Positions 31,494-43,292 are shown, numbered from the stretch's first letter. The stretch is DNA of 64,000 nucleotides from a bacterium (GCA_963674595.2 CAXXFV010000003.1:32001-96000); one strand, 5' to 3'. A program made the numbers and translations. Notes: generated from the sequence alone by a model not told the origin.

Positions 31494-32211
31494 TAAAATG
31501 CACACCATGAAACTTTATGGCATGGCCAATGCTTTTCATGCGACTTTGCAAAAAAACTTTAACCAAAACTTTACTGCTGATGAACTGGTCGCTCATCTTG
31601 TCGATTCAGAGTGGGAAGAACGATACAACAGACGGCTCGAACGAATTTTAAAAGCTGCCAGGTTTCGTCATCAGTGTTGTTTGGAACAAATTGATTTTAA
31701 CTATAAAAGGGAATTGGATAAAAACTTGTTCCTTCGTCTTTCTAACTGCGACTGGGTACAAAAAAGTGAAAACATACTTATCACAGGACCAACCGGTATC
31801 GGTAAAAGTTTTATTGCTTGTGCTCTCGGACATCAGGCTTGCGTAAATGGTTTTACTGTTTTTTATTTCAATGCGGCCAAACTCTTTTCGAAATTGAAAT
31901 TTGCCAAGGCAGAGGGAACATATGTCAAAGAGCTGCTAAAAATTCAAAAACAAAACGTCTTGATAATTGATGATTTCGGCTTGCATCCTATCGATGAACA
32001 GTGTAAATTAATTTTGCTCGAGTTGTTGGAAGACAGATATAACATTCAGTCTACTATCATGACTTCGCAACTTCCGGTTACTCATTGGCACGAGCTGATG
32101 GCCAGTTCGACTATTGCTGATGCTATCTGTGATCGTCTCGTGCATAATTCATATAAAATTGAAATGAATGGAGATTCTATGAGAAAAATTCTCAGTAAAC
32201 ATTCCGGCTGA
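31471..32211 (+). CDS. istB: IS21 ATPase IstB
   Basis: GPTGIGKS, LIIDDFG, ADAICDRL. Confidence 0.96.
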   Translation: MIHQATYDKMHTMKLYGMANAFHATLQKNFNQNFTADELVAHLVDSEWEERYNRRLERILKAARFRHQCCLEQIDFNYKRELDKNLFLRLSNCDWVQKSENILITGPTGIGKSFIACALGHQACVNGFTVFYFNAAKLFSKLKFAKAEGTYVKELLKIQKQNVLIIDDFGLHPIDEQCKLILLELLEDRYNIQSTIMTSQLPVTHWHELMASSTIADAICDRLVHNSYKIEMNGDSMRKILSKHSG

Positions 32212-32719
32212 AAATTGCCACTATGATAAATTAAAATTGTCTAAATGTTTGGATTGTTCAGTGGTAAACTTTCAGCCGGAATCAGTGGCAACTTTCACCG
32301 GAATACGCAATCTAATATTATTCTTTAATCTAAAAATATGAAAGATATGTTGATTTGTTTCGCAATGAGAGGAAAGTAATTTTATTAAATCGTAATAAGT
32401 TTGAGATATTTTTAGCAAAAGCCGGGCATAATTATCCTGATACAATAATCGTGTCATTGGGACAACAGGAATATGACATTGAATACAATGCAAACTTATC
32501 CTCTTATGCCGTTAAAGCCCATGTTTAAATAAATGTGAAAAATCAGTCAACTATCCCACACATCCCGACCACTTAAAAAATCAAGACCGACAAAGAATTT
32601 TAATAAATAAAAATGATTAGTGCAAGTTATTTTAGAGAAATATTTTGGATTCATAATATATCCTAAACTCACTTCTCTTGAAATTTAATAAAAGTATTAT
32701 ACCCCTCTAAAACTTTGAC

Positions 32720-32748
32720 TTGACAAATACAAAAAATGTTGTTACAAT
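32720..32748 (+). promoter_or_regulatory. Sigma70-like promoter for the cas2 copy and array 2
   Basis: TTGACA-17 nt-TACAAT. Confidence 0.65.
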
Positions 32749-32863
32749 TTTAATAATGGAAGAGCAGATCAAGAAAAAGAAATAATATAAATAATCAAAA
32801 ACACCATGTAAAGATACAACAGTTCTTTGGCATAAAAAGGCAGGAACTCAGACCTGCCGGGTA

Positions 32864-33144
32864 TTGATTATGTTGGTAATTGTTACATACGATATAGAAA
32901 AAGACAAAAAACGCACACGGCTACATAAAAAATATAAGATTTTGGGCCACGCGTTCAGTACTCAGTATTTGAAGCAGATATTACCAGGGAAGAGCTGGAA
33001 AAAATGAATACCATGCTATCAAAAATTAAACTGGACGATAACGACAGCATCAGACTATATACGATATGTGAAACCTGTAAAAGCAAAATTAAAATATGGG
33101 GTCAGGGGGAAATAACGGAAGATAAAGACATATACATTGCGTAA
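32864..33144 (+). pseudogene. cas2: Frameshifted cas2 copy
   Basis: Net 1-nt loss near 32933 (TATAAG versus TTAAAAG in the intact copy). Confidence 0.85.
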
Positions 33145-33353
33145 AAATGTGTATGCAAACGAAATGCCAGAAAAATACGGCACTTTTTGACAGGAGGTAA
33201 CGGACTTTAATGTAAATAATTAATTATTAATCAAATAACAAGTTGAAAATTTAACCAGAAAAGGAAAAATATGCACAAAAAGTGGCCCAAAATAAGGGGT
33301 AACGGTATTCGCCCTTGTATCTATCTAAATATAAATGAGTTGTAAAACAAGCT

Positions 33354-34460
33354 GTGGAAATAGACCTAATCATTACGGAGGGATTGAGACACTCAAAAAA
33401 TCAAGGTCAAGATGACAAGAATTATCAAAGTGGAAATAGACCTAATCATTACGGAGGGATTGAGACGATTTAAAAAATCATAAAAATCATTAAAAGGCTG
33501 TACTGAGTGGAAATAGACCTAATCATTACGGAGGGATTGAGACATGACCATCAAAATTGACAGACTTTAGAACTTCGTTCGCCGTGGAAATAGACCTAAT
33601 CATTACGGAGGGATTGAGACACAAAAATTATTTGCAAATAAAACTCTATTATTGTATGAGTGGAAATAGACCTAATCATTACGGAGGGATTGAGACTTTT
33701 CTGGATTATTGTTTGCTATGGCCAAATGAGAAGGTGGAAATAGACCTAATCATTACGGAGGGATTGAGACTAACAATCCATATGTAAATACGCTAGCCAG
33801 TTGTTTGATCGTGGAAATAGACCTAATCATTACGGAGGGATTGAGACGTCAACTGTAAAAGCCTGACAAAACACAACATCCACATCGTGGAAATAGACCT
33901 AATCATTACGGAGGGATTGAGACTCACTCGGCACCGGTTTAAACGGGGCAACGTCAGACCAGTGGAAATAGACCTAATCATTACGGAGGGATTGAGACCG
34001 TATTGTGTTATTACATTAGTGGGAAAGTTGGCTGAGTACTTGTGGAAATAGACCTAATCATTACGGAGGGATTGAGACTACTGATAAATTTAATGCGGCT
34101 AGTGCTAATATTTCTATGGCGTGGAAATAGACCTAATCATTACGGAGGGATTGAGACTTTTTAATATCACATTCTTTTTTATAAGCAAGTAAAAGATGTG
34201 GAAATAGACCTAATCATTACGGAGGGATTGAGACATAACGGTAATGATAATCAGAAGTAAAATTGAACAAAAAGTAGAAATAGACCTAATCACCACGGAG
34301 GGGCCGTTTGAGGCGTGTTCAGTAGAACAGTTCCTTATGTTTTGTTGCGAAATGTTTTAGAAAAAATCCCCGAAGGCAGGCGGCCTTGCGTCGCTACGCT
34401 CCGCTTAGATTGAGACAGTGAAAACATGAAAAGGCCTAATTACCACGGAACGATTGAGAC
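33354..34460 (+). CRISPR. CRISPR array 2 (GTGGAAATAGACCTAATCATTACGGAGGGATTGAGAC)
   Basis: 12 intact repeats, a split repeat at 34274-34416 and a degenerate repeat ending at 34460. Confidence 0.97.
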
Positions 34461-35147
34461 CCCACCCTCAATTAATAATACAAATGTCGGGTCACCGATC
34501 CTGACAACAGCATTCTTGATAGACTGCTGTATTCTTAACAATATCTCAGCAACAAAAGGCATGGAATTAAACAGACTCACACCCTGGGGATGACCATCTC
34601 TTAGATCAAATGTCAAATACTGAACAAATTCCGGGTGTTCCAAAAGAACAGGTTTTGCAGCATCATGAGGTATGGAAGCCAACCACAGTCTGCCGTCTTT
34701 CCGGATAAATCGGACCTTTGAAGCATCACCGACTTTTAACCGGTCAACTCCGTTCAAACCGGCAAAAGGAACAGTCTCAAAGACACCATAACCATTTGCC
34801 AGAGCAGAATCATAGAGTTGTTGTAAACACCCATGCAGCCCTTTGTGAAAATGTCCGACCTTGATCTCTTTTTTAAAATTATTCAGAGCTTTTAAAACGT
34901 TCGGATTATCACAACGGTATTCAAAATCACCGATTAATCTCCGAAGTTTTAACACAGCGACATCTAAAATGGGAATGGCTTCTCGGAGAATATTATAAAT
35001 CTTTAAATTGTATCTTAACGGTTCATATCCGTTTAAATAGGTCTGGAATGGGCTGTCACTTGCAGAATAAAGTTGGGATTTAACAATAACATTGTTGGAT
35101 TGTTTTGGTGGGAAATATTTATTAAGATTGAATTTTGGAAGGTTCAT
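34440..35147 (-). pseudogene. Truncated phage portal-like gene
   Basis: YNILREAIPILDVAV.KL and HPQGVSL motifs resemble portal N-termini; the frame runs into the degenerate CRISPR repeat. Confidence 0.6.
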
Positions 35148-35269
35148 TAACTGCCCATATATAGAATGTATTCAAACAACACGCTCTATATATAGCAGAA
35201 TAGGGGTAATTAATCAATATTTTGTGGGTAATTCACCCATAGCTAGTAAAAAATTGTTAGGTATAAGGA

Positions 35270-35306
35270 CAAGAACTCGGAGGGTAAATAAGTCTCCGAG
35301 TTCTTG
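35270..35306 (-). terminator. Hairpin after the propeller gene
   Basis: 13-bp perfect stem CAAGAACTCGGAG/CTCCGAGTTCTTG. Confidence 0.6.
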
Positions 35307-35315
35307 AAAGCTAAT

Positions 35316-37253
35316 TTACTTAAGGAGGATCATTTTTTTAATTTCATTCATACCACCGCCTTTAAGGCGATAAAAATAAGTTCCTGAAGGCAAGTTGGAA
35401 GCATCAAACAACACCTGATGCGTACCAGCCTGACAGTCATCGTCTAACAATACGGCAACCTTTTGTCCACTAATATTGTAAACCTTCAGGCTGTAATGAT
35501 CGTCTTTTGCCGCCCGGAATGTGATTGTCGTTTCCGGGTTAAAGGGATTGGGATAATTTTGATATAGCGCAAATTCCTGCGGGATTAAATTCGGTCCATC
35601 GTCTTTTTTCTCAACACCGGTCGAACCGTTATTTTCAAAGGACAAGGCCAGGCGATAGGGTGAAGACAAACCGGTATACAGTTCTTCTATATCTGTTCCG
35701 TCCAGATTTGCCCGTTTTATTTTACCGGCTTGATCTTCAATCCAATATACTTTACCACCGTCAACATCCAGGGCAATACCGGAGGGCCATTCAAGACTGG
35801 TAATTACATTCTGAATATCACTGCCATCCAAATTGGCACGTTTAATACCTCTATAATCTATAGCCCTTTCGGTCCAATATATCTTTTTATTTTTTAAATC
35901 AAGAGCAATATCGTCCGGTTGTCCAGTAGACTTTATAATTTTTTCAACATCATTACTGTCATTATTCAAATTGGCACCTAGAACCGTATTAAGTGAATTA
36001 CTCCAATATAATGTTCCATCAAAAGGGTCAACTGCAACTCCATACGCAAATCCATGTATGTAATAAGGGTATTCAACCCGGCTGCCATCTAAATTAGCAA
36101 AACCAACAGTTATGCCCTCTGATTGCCTGGCCCAATACATCTTTTCATTTACAACATCCAAAGCAATATCATTTAATGAAGCATTCGGATAAATTTCGTT
36201 TGTAAGAAACTCAACATTGGAACCGTCTGTATTACATTTGTAAATATTGGCATAAGAATTTGCCCAGTATATCTTTTCCCTTTCAGGGTCAAGAGCAATA
36301 CAAACAGGATATTCATAATTAACAATCAGTGGTTCGACATTTCGACCATCCAAATGGGAACGATAAATCGTCATAGACCAATAAAGATAAAACCAGTACA
36401 TCTCTCCCTTTGACAAATCCAGACTTAGATTTTGAACACCATAAATAAAACCGCTAACCAGTTCTATAAATTCAGTTCCATCGGTGTTCATGCTCCATAT
36501 CCCGCACCAATCGGTTAAATAAATCTTTTGGTTATTATGATCTAATTGAATCTCCATTTGAGGATTTATATTATCAAAGACATACACAATCTCTTCTTCA
36601 TTCCCGTCCAGATTTACACTCTTGAGAACACGACCGTTATCATCTAAAAAATAAATTCGACGATCTCTTCCATCTACAACATAATCAATTATCTTTTCAG
36701 TATGTTCTATGACTGATTTTATTTTTTCCCCATCCAAACCAGTGCAAAAGAGTGTATCACGCGTGTCATTCATCCAATAGAGATTTTCATAGACCAGATC
36801 CAGGGCCAGATTGTTGGGCCGGGTCAGTCCACAAATAAACTCCTGTTTGTTTGAACCGGTTATATCAGCCCGCCAAATCTTGCCGCTATCAGCGCTCCAA
36901 TACATTGTGCTGTGAAGCGTGTCAATAACCATACTGCTTGCCCGGCTTGTTTCGGAAATCAACGTTTCAACCTTTCGTGTCTCCATATTCTCACGCCGGA
37001 TGGCGTTCTCTTCATAATAATAAATATATCCCTGGGCTGCGGTTAACAACGTTACATCACGGGAAGAAAGCACTTTTTCATATTGACCGCCGTCAGCATC
37101 TCCGCAATATATCTTTTTGTCCTGTGTATCTGTCCAGTAAATTAATCTTTCCTTTGCTGTTACAACATTTAAAAGCGTGAAAAGGTTGTATACAGTAAAG
37201 AAAAACACAAATGTTGTTCTTTTTAACATGGCTGTATCCTTTTCATATATCAC
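35316..37253 (-). CDS. Secreted YWTD beta-propeller protein with sorting domain
   Basis: Paralog of 1563..3524; QNYPNPFNPET...KKMILLK C-terminal domain. Confidence 0.9.
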   Translation of the reverse strand: MIYEKDTAMLKRTTFVFFFTVYNLFTLLNVVTAKERLIYWTDTQDKKIYCGDADGGQYEKVLSSRDVTLLTAAQGYIYYYEENAIRRENMETRKVETLISETSRASSMVIDTLHSTMYWSADSGKIWRADITGSNKQEFICGLTRPNNLALDLVYENLYWMNDTRDTLFCTGLDGEKIKSVIEHTEKIIDYVVDGRDRRIYFLDDNGRVLKSVNLDGNEEEIVYVFDNINPQMEIQLDHNNQKIYLTDWCGIWSMNTDGTEFIELVSGFIYGVQNLSLDLSKGEMYWFYLYWSMTIYRSHLDGRNVEPLIVNYEYPVCIALDPEREKIYWANSYANIYKCNTDGSNVEFLTNEIYPNASLNDIALDVVNEKMYWARQSEGITVGFANLDGSRVEYPYYIHGFAYGVAVDPFDGTLYWSNSLNTVLGANLNNDSNDVEKIIKSTGQPDDIALDLKNKKIYWTERAIDYRGIKRANLDGSDIQNVITSLEWPSGIALDVDGGKVYWIEDQAGKIKRANLDGTDIEELYTGLSSPYRLALSFENNGSTGVEKKDDGPNLIPQEFALYQNYPNPFNPETTITFRAAKDDHYSLKVYNISGQKVAVLLDDDCQAGTHQVLFDASNLPSGTYFYRLKGGGMNEIKKMILLK

Positions 37254-37363
37254 AATTCTCTTATAACGTTATGATATCCTGTCATCAAACAGTTATAACC
37301 GAATGATGACAGGTTTGATTAACTTTTAATTCAAAATACTAGAACTTTTATTTCACTACCAAC

Positions 37364-39575
37364 TTACTTGATAAACATCATTGTACCGGATTGGGTAAAC
37401 GTGCCTGCGACGAGTTTGCAAATATAAGCGCCGCTGGATACCAGTTCACCGCTATTGTCCCGGCCGTCCCATAAAACCGATTTATAACCTTCTCCCTGCG
37501 GTCCGTTCGCCAAAACACGCACCTCTTCTCCCAGCATGTTGTATATTTTTAGGCTAACATGACAGGCTTCCGGCAAGGCATATTTTAGCACGGTTTGTGA
37601 ATTAAAGGGATTGGGATAATTTTGAAAAACAGATGATCTTTTAACACTATTATCGGCAAGGGCCATTACAGGTGCACCTTGTGAAACAGTCAGCTTTGAC
37701 ACACCGCCGCCCTGCGTCCCAAACCAGAATTCGTTTTTATCAATCGCTATCGCACGAACAGTATTAAAAGATAATCCCGAATTATTATAATTATAGTGAA
37801 ACCAGTTTTCTCCATCATATTTATATATGCCAAATGCATATCCCGCAAACCATACATTTCCATCACAGTCAGTCTCAATATCATAGGTATTCTGATTAGC
37901 ATCGTTTAAAACATCAAAAGTGGTCCATTGTTCTCCGTCATATTTATGCACGCCAAAAGCATGACCGCACCAAATGTTATTAAAACTATCAACGCCCACA
38001 GAATAGAGTGGAAAATCCCCGTAATGATCAGCAGGCATAATTTTTTCCCCCAATGTCATTTTCAAGTTTCAACAATCCTTGCCAGGTGCCAAACCAGACA
38101 CATCCATTTTTGTCAATAGCAAGAGAAGAAACATGATTATTTCTTATACCGTAATTCGTCGGATAGTACCGTTTCCAGTTTTCTCCATCAAACATTGCTA
38201 TACCGGAATCTGTTGTTATCCAGGCATTATCGTTCTTGTCAAATCTTATACAATAAACTCTGTCAGACTGCAAAACACTGTTTGATGTATTAATCCATGT
38301 CCAGCTTGTGTCATCCAATACCGAAATGCCTTCAAAAACATGTCCAAACCATATTTGCCCTGATTTACTAATAGCAATCGTCGTTATTCTATTATCTTTT
38401 ATACCGGAATTAGACTCGTTATAATATTTCCAGTTTCCATGATCATAGCATATAACACCGCCTTCATCGATAAAATCCCAATCACCCGTACCGGAACCAA
38501 ACCATACAGCACCATCATTGTCAACGGCTATTGACTGGATGTTGGGATGCGTCAATCCTCCATTAAGGGTTTTCCCGGTTTCAAAAATTTGCCAGGTCGC
38601 TCCGTCATAAACAGAGACGCCTTTAGATGTTCCAAACCAGATTCTGTTATCCTTGCCGAAAACAATTGAAGAAATATAATTACTGGATATACCAGAATTA
38701 TTCGTATTAAACGTGGTCCAGTTTAAGCCGTCCCAAACGCAAACGCCTTGATCTGTGCCAAACCATTTTCTCCCGGATGAATCAATCGCAATTGAAATAA
38801 TATTGTTACTGCAAATGTCACAATTATCTTTATTATAACCGGTCCATTTCTCGCCATCGTAAATGGACACACCCTTATCTAAACCGAAGATAACAGAACC
38901 GTGCCCATCCGAACACATTGCCTGAATATTATTGTTCTGCAAATAACTATTTTCAGTTGTGTAACTTCTCCAGTCATCACCATTTTTAATACTGACGCCT
39001 TCTGTTGTTCCAACCCATATTTGATCGTTTTCAGCGATTAACAATGACGTAACATAATCCGAAATGAGTCCGCTATTTTCAGAATTGAATGAATGCCATT
39101 GCGTTCCGTCAAAAAAACAAACACCACCGCTACGAGGAATCTCCCAATTAGAATAAGTGTCAACCTTGTGAAACCCAATCCAGATATTATTGTTACTATT
39201 GACGGCAATAGAACGCACCTCTCCTAATGATTGACCATTAAATAAATTGCTATTATCTATAGTTTCAAACCCGACATCATCAAAAACTGAAATTCCATAT
39301 TTTGAGGTACCAATCAGTTTATGTCCATCAACATCACCTGTAATGAATGTAAGAGAGTTACATGGCAAACCATCATCTTTTTCGTATTCTTTATATGAAA
39401 AATCTGTTTGATCCAATTTTATGAGCCCACCTTCTGTAGTAATCCAACAAAACTCATCATCGAGATAAAGAAAAGTAACATTCTCCTTACAGGTGTAATT
39501 ATCCCAAACATCTTTCTGCGAAAAAACAGGAACAATAATGACTAGTAATTGTATTGAGATTAATATTTTTTTCAT
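37364..39575 (-). pseudogene. Secreted two-component-regulator-type propeller protein, frameshifted at a G5A6 tract (38041-38051)
   Basis: WFGT..GVS.YDG..W repeats continue across ORFs 38028..39575 and 37364..38065; one extra base. Confidence 0.8.
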
Positions 39576-39923
39576 AACAAATGCTCCTTTCGCAGGAGAT
39601 TTTGGATCCCCTGAGATACCAATGAAACCGGGATTTTATCCCAAAAACCAAAAAGTGACATCCCTTCGACTCCGCCCTGGGAAAACGACAGGTTGGATTC
39701 ATGTTTTTGATTTCAACATTTATTCAAGTGATTTTATATTCAACATCGTATTTCAGATTTAAAATATTATTTGAGATCTGAAAGTAGAAATTTTTTATTC
39801 TCTTGTTCGGGGAAAATGCCCCGATTACTGTCATATTGAGACGACTCTGATTCCCATGTTGAGCAAAAAAATGCGTTTTGATTCTGGATTTACACCTGTG
39901 CTAGTTGCTAAGTAATTTAACCA

Positions 39924-40403
39924 TTAGTTAATAACCTCAACACCTTCAATTTTAGTATTTCCATTTTTAAATTCTAAATTATCACCAAACTTTGACATAT
40001 CCAGAAAATAATTTAAGTGTTTTGGAAATTTCATTATTAAAAATTGTTCATTAAGATTTAGAATACTTGTAACTGTATTTAGAAATTTTAATTCATTGTC
40101 ATCAATTTTTTTATCAGCCTCTATAATTTTAAGTATAACTTCAACCAATAATAATTTTTGCTTTTCTTTTATTTCAAATTTTTGAAGAACTTTAAGATAA
40201 TTTTCTATATAATTAATACCTTGTGATTTTATATCATCGACAACTGATTTTAACTCATTCTCAAAATCAAGATTTAAAAAATATGGATTTGTCTTTGCAA
40301 TATTTTTGAATAAAGAAATTTCATTTCTATGAATCTCACCATCACAAGCCATAACAGCAAAAGCCGTTTTGAAAAGAACTCTATCAAAAGAAATATTTTC
40401 CAT
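39924..40403 (-). CDS. TerB-family protein
   Basis: AVMACDGEIH..E and IIEADKKIDDNE motifs. Confidence 0.85.
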   Translation of the reverse strand: MENISFDRVLFKTAFAVMACDGEIHRNEISLFKNIAKTNPYFLNLDFENELKSVVDDIKSQGINYIENYLKVLQKFEIKEKQKLLLVEVILKIIEADKKIDDNELKFLNTVTSILNLNEQFLIMKFPKHLNYFLDMSKFGDNLEFKNGNTKIEGVEVIN

Positions 40404-40431
40404 TTTAATACCCTTTCTTCACAAAGAAAGA

Positions 40432-42912
40432 TTAATAAAAACCAATTTTTGATTTTAGCTCATCTTGAGATAACTCAGGTAACAAATTGAATAAGTCATA
40501 GACTACTTCTGCAAGCCTATCAAAATTCTCACAATTTATTGCAAACTTGCCCGCTTCAATCAAACCTTTTGCTTTTTCCTGATCATTAAATCTTTGACGC
40601 TCACTTGTAAGCCATTGAAATGTATCAATTAAGAATGAAGGTGTTCGCCAATTTATAGTCCACATTAAATCTTTTAATTTATCAGTTTGTTCTCTAATTT
40701 TTAGTATACTTTTAGAACTTAAGATAGTATGTTCCTGGTTAACAATGCCATTAAAATGTTTTTGCTCAACATCATTTCCATTTTCATTTATTGTTTCATA
40801 ACATATTTGTTTGACTTCAAGATACCGACTTTTTGCCATCTCAATCTCTTTATCTTGAGTAGCAATATATATTTTTTGGGCAACACTGCACTTCTTGTCT
40901 TCTAATTGATAACGTTTATCAGTTACATCATCTATTGATAAAATAAGAGATTCACCTATTAGCTCATCAATTTCAGATTTTAGACTCTTCAGGTCTTTTG
41001 CAGATTCATAATTTTCTAACTCAATAGCAAATTTTATTTCTTTATCTATTTTCTCAGATAATTCAGATATTTGTTCAGACAATACTTCTTGTGGAACACT
41101 TCTCATAGTTGGGCTAAAGATCTCTTTAAATTCTTGATCAGTCATTGTAAGATAAGCAGAAACTGTTAAATCACGTGATTCAGACATCTCTAATGAAATT
41201 TCAATATCAGAGCCTTTTGCAATATTCCGATTTATACCTTTACCTGAAATCTCTAGAAAACCAATACTTCTATTGGCTTCTGGGAGGGCATAATGTGGCC
41301 CTTCTAAAATATTGATACGAAGAAAATCATCTGAACCTTTCACAATTATTCTATTAATTTCTTTTATCTTTGAGTATCTTAAAGGGAGAATAGAATTTTT
41401 TTGAAAAACCAATTCACAACGAGTATGTTTACTCTCAAAGTCATCAACTTCCAAACAAATATCATTTGGAAGCGGCTGACCTGCAATACTAAATTTCCCC
41501 TGAGCGATTCCTATTGGCTCAACATCAACAGGAATCTTGTTATTTTGTTCATCATAAATAGAAATATTAAAATAATTATAACTATCATTTACAAGCGGCA
41601 AATCTTCGGATATTTTTTTTGATAGCAGTTTTAATCCGGTATCAAATCCCCCGTCTTCTCTTACAATTCTGTAAAATAGACCTTCAACATTACCTTCTAT
41701 TTTTGCTGCAAAAAATTCTTCAGATTCTTTAGTAGCTTTCTGGTAGGCGGTTTTAATTATAAGTTTATTTTCAACATATGATTTGGGTTTTTCATCTTTT
41801 ATAACTTTTTGTTTTGTTCCTGCATAATATGCAGCACCAATTGCAATTGCAGTAGTCGGATCAATCTCACAGTTTATAGGGAGTTGCATAATTTCATTTA
41901 CACGGTTTCTTACTAATGGAATATATGTAGAACCTCCAACCATAAGTATAAAATCAATATCATTAGATGTAAGTGAATTTTGAACCATTATCTTTTTAAT
42001 CATTTCAATTGATTTATCAATATATTGCTGAATCATAGATTCAAATTCAGAACGAGTAATAGTGATAATTATTTCATGAGTTTCACCATCTTCATCGGTT
42101 ATATCAAATTCAATTTCAGCAGATGACTTTGCTGATAATTGAATTTTTGCCTGTTCTGCCTGATGAAGTGCTATATAAAATACTGAATTATACTTCCCAG
42201 AAGCGCTTTTCATTTCCTTTTCTAAATTTTTAAAATTATATTCAGCTTCTAAATATGGTATTATCTTCTTCTCAACAATAAGTCGGTCGAAATCAGATCC
42301 ACCTAAAAAATTATCACCTTCATGATCTAGTATTTTCATTTCACCGTCATTAATTTTTACAAGAGCAACATCAAAGGTACCTCCACCAAGATCGTATACA
42401 ATCCATTGGCCATCTTTTAAATCATTCATTCTTTTGTTGGCATAAGCCAAACTAGCTGCGATTGGTTCTTGTAATAGAACAACCTGTTTAAAACCGGCTA
42501 ATCTACCAGCTTCCTTTGTTGCATTTGATTGAATTGTATCGAAAGATGCAGGAATTGTAATCACTGTAGAATCAATTTGTGTCCCAGATTGTACAAAATT
42601 CTTTAGCTCTTTTATTATATGGGCGGATAACTCAATAGGTGTAACAGATTTTCCTATTGAATTTATTTTATATGCTTCATTTGTCCCCATTTTCCGCTTA
42701 AAAGAAGAAATAACATTTTTTGGAGATTTCTCTAAATAACTTTTTGCCTGTTCACCGACTATAATTTTATCTTTTCTAAAAAGGACAACTGAAGGTAAGG
42801 TGTCTTTCCAACTTATAGGATTTTTGTAAATATTTACTTCACCTTTTGTAAATTTTGCGATTACAGAATTTGTTGTGCCGAGATCAATACCAAAATTAAT
42901 CATATTTTCCAT
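40432..42912 (-). CDS. Non-housekeeping Hsp70/DnaK-family protein
   Basis: GIDLGTTNS, VYDLGGGTFD, MVGGST motifs; 826 aa with atypical C-terminus. Confidence 0.92.
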   Translation of the reverse strand: MENMINFGIDLGTTNSVIAKFTKGEVNIYKNPISWKDTLPSVVLFRKDKIIVGEQAKSYLEKSPKNVISSFKRKMGTNEAYKINSIGKSVTPIELSAHIIKELKNFVQSGTQIDSTVITIPASFDTIQSNATKEAGRLAGFKQVVLLQEPIAASLAYANKRMNDLKDGQWIVYDLGGGTFDVALVKINDGEMKILDHEGDNFLGGSDFDRLIVEKKIIPYLEAEYNFKNLEKEMKSASGKYNSVFYIALHQAEQAKIQLSAKSSAEIEFDITDEDGETHEIIITITRSEFESMIQQYIDKSIEMIKKIMVQNSLTSNDIDFILMVGGSTYIPLVRNRVNEIMQLPINCEIDPTTAIAIGAAYYAGTKQKVIKDEKPKSYVENKLIIKTAYQKATKESEEFFAAKIEGNVEGLFYRIVREDGGFDTGLKLLSKKISEDLPLVNDSYNYFNISIYDEQNNKIPVDVEPIGIAQGKFSIAGQPLPNDICLEVDDFESKHTRCELVFQKNSILPLRYSKIKEINRIIVKGSDDFLRINILEGPHYALPEANRSIGFLEISGKGINRNIAKGSDIEISLEMSESRDLTVSAYLTMTDQEFKEIFSPTMRSVPQEVLSEQISELSEKIDKEIKFAIELENYESAKDLKSLKSEIDELIGESLILSIDDVTDKRYQLEDKKCSVAQKIYIATQDKEIEMAKSRYLEVKQICYETINENGNDVEQKHFNGIVNQEHTILSSKSILKIREQTDKLKDLMWTINWRTPSFLIDTFQWLTSERQRFNDQEKAKGLIEAGKFAINCENFDRLAEVVYDLFNLLPELSQDELKSKIGFY

Positions 42913-42917
42913 AATTA

Positions 42918-43292
42918 TTACCTTTTATTGTTTTTCTGGGACTCAACAATGACCACTGCTTTTTGAATAATAAACATTCTTTCTTTCTGATGGAGTCTTA
43001 TTATTGGCTTAATTACTTCTGTTATTACAAGATTTTCTGTTTTCTCTCCAGCAATACTTGCTTCACAATCAGTTCTTGTCTCATTAAATTTTTCACCTAT
43101 TGGATTGTAGTAAGATAACCCTCCTTCTTTTCCAATTATACTTGTTTTGAAATGATCTTTCAATTGCTGGAGGTTCCTTGAAATTGAATTTTCGTCACTT
43201 AGCTTTTTAACCTTTTTTTCTATTTCAAAAATTTGATTTAAAATAAAAGAAAAGTACTTAATCTCATCGGAAATTTTTTGTTGAATATGCAT
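42918..43292 (-). CDS. GrpE-like protein
   Basis: NPIGEKFNE and ITEVIKPII...QKAVVIV resemble the GrpE beta-domain; adjacent to Hsp70. Confidence 0.6.
   Translation of the reverse strand: MHIQQKISDEIKYFSFILNQIFEIEKKVKKLSDENSISRNLQQLKDHFKTSIIGKEGGLSYYNPIGEKFNETRTDCEASIAGEKTENLVITEVIKPIIRLHQKERMFIIQKAVVIVESQKNNKR

Larger units (their letters stand above)
29736..32309 (+). mobile_element. IS21-family insertion sequence
   Basis: TG..CA ends (TGCATATTCCGG / CCGGAATACGCA), repeated TTGCCAC subterminal motifs, 6-bp TSD ATCTAA (29730-5 and 32310-5). Confidence 0.95.
32698..33353 (+). repeat. Inverted duplicate of cas1 3' end, promoter, cas2 and leader (18133-18789)
   Basis: Near-identical reverse complement starting TATACCCCTCTAAAACTT. 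Confidence 0.9.

Noticed and set aside
11828-34460. Spacers self-targeting the phage-like modules
   Set aside because: No exact match seen by eye; an exhaustive alignment was not possible
38041-38051. Programmed -1 frameshift at G-GGA-AAA
   Set aside because: The downstream ORF is in the +1 frame, so a single-base insertion explains it better
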